Shown one piece after another: positions 63,273-64,000 of a stretch of DNA of 64,000 nt. Source of the DNA: Malacoraja senta (lineage: Eukaryota); NCBI GenBank assembly GCA_038087875.1, contig CM075982.1:66030001-66094000 (forward strand), read 5' to 3'. Under the pieces are notes generated by a model. The model did no database searches, was not told the origin of the DNA, and saw only the letters and a program-made list of their open reading frames with translations. How positions within the stretch are numbered: position 1 is the first letter of the stretch; each line of letters opens with the position of its first letter. The translations under genes and the position numbers were made by a program.

Positions 63273-64000
63273 GTGAGATTGCGGCCCCTTTGCTCTACAC
63301 ATGTTTTCACTTAATTAGATTCTGTGCCAGGAAACGCGGCAGTTTGTTCATCCCCTATCAAGAGATTTTCAGTGTGGTAGCAGTTATGTAATATGTATTG
63401 TGTAGGAAGGAACTGCAGATGCTGGTTTAAACCGAAGACAGACAAAAAAAAAGCTGGAGTAACTCTGCGGGTCAGGCAGCAACTCTGGAGAAAATGTATA
63501 GGTAGACCATAGATGAGATCCATATGTAATATTTTGTTTTGTAATAACTACACCAGCAGGGAAGACATTAATGATTCGCCTTGTTAGTATAGTCGCCTTC
63601 CAGTATAGTCCCTGATGGACTCTTCGGGAGCGATGACCACAAGATACAAGGTACAAGGTTTGCTATTTTTTGTTTTCTTTGAAATGATTTAATATATGAC
63701 CTGTGGCTTACAAGTCACTTATAATGCAGCCCAAAACTTCCAGGCGCGTGTGGTGGATCTGACTACTTTCTCCTCTCTTCTCTTTCTTTCACGGTTATTT
63801 GAAAGAACTTTATTCTCACTTCCAGCAGTCCAACTATAATCGAGACTGTCCTCTGGAAGCTGTTTATTTCCAGGCGGCGCAGAGATGCAGCTGCTCTGAG
63901 AACCGGGTTCGATCCTGACCTCCGGTGGTGTGTTTTCCGGTTTTTCAAAAAAAACGTTGGAAATTTGGAATATAATTACTTTTCACTTTTTCCAGATTAA

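Overview
Vertebrate nuclear DNA, most likely a cartilaginous fish (skate/ray type). The organism is inferred from the repeat complement: HER1-type CR1 LINEs, HE1/V-type tRNA SINEs and Neptune-type Penelope elements. Genes: (1) the last five coding exons of ZGPAT on +, 3776-11964; (2) two intact, nearly identical P2Y1-like nucleotide GPCR coding exons on -, produced by a recent ~5.25-kb tandem duplication (~16262-26771); (3) at the right end, a TATA/CRE/TEAD-like promoter and a signal-peptide first exon (63210-63272) that look like a CCN-family gene. The rest is transposon-dense: CR1, Rex1/Babar, HERO, a Gypsy 5' LTR with a tRNA-Ser PBS, Harbinger MITEs, Helitron ends, V-SINEs and a Penelope element with an intact RT + GIY-YIG frame. 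Most notable observations: (a) a minimal, dimer-type hammerhead ribozyme motif (CUGAAGA-A-stemII-GAAACGUC) in the Penelope 3' end and in roughly 20+ short derivatives, many arranged as palindromes or flanking the P2Y exons; (b) an orphan 33-nt antisense copy of the P2Y coding sequence ~15.7 kb from the matching site in the proximal copy; (c) a PDZ-motif change (ETVL vs ETVV) between the receptor duplicates; (d) an LTR apparently grown by repeated PPT capture. Splice coordinates were read base by base; TE boundaries are approximate.
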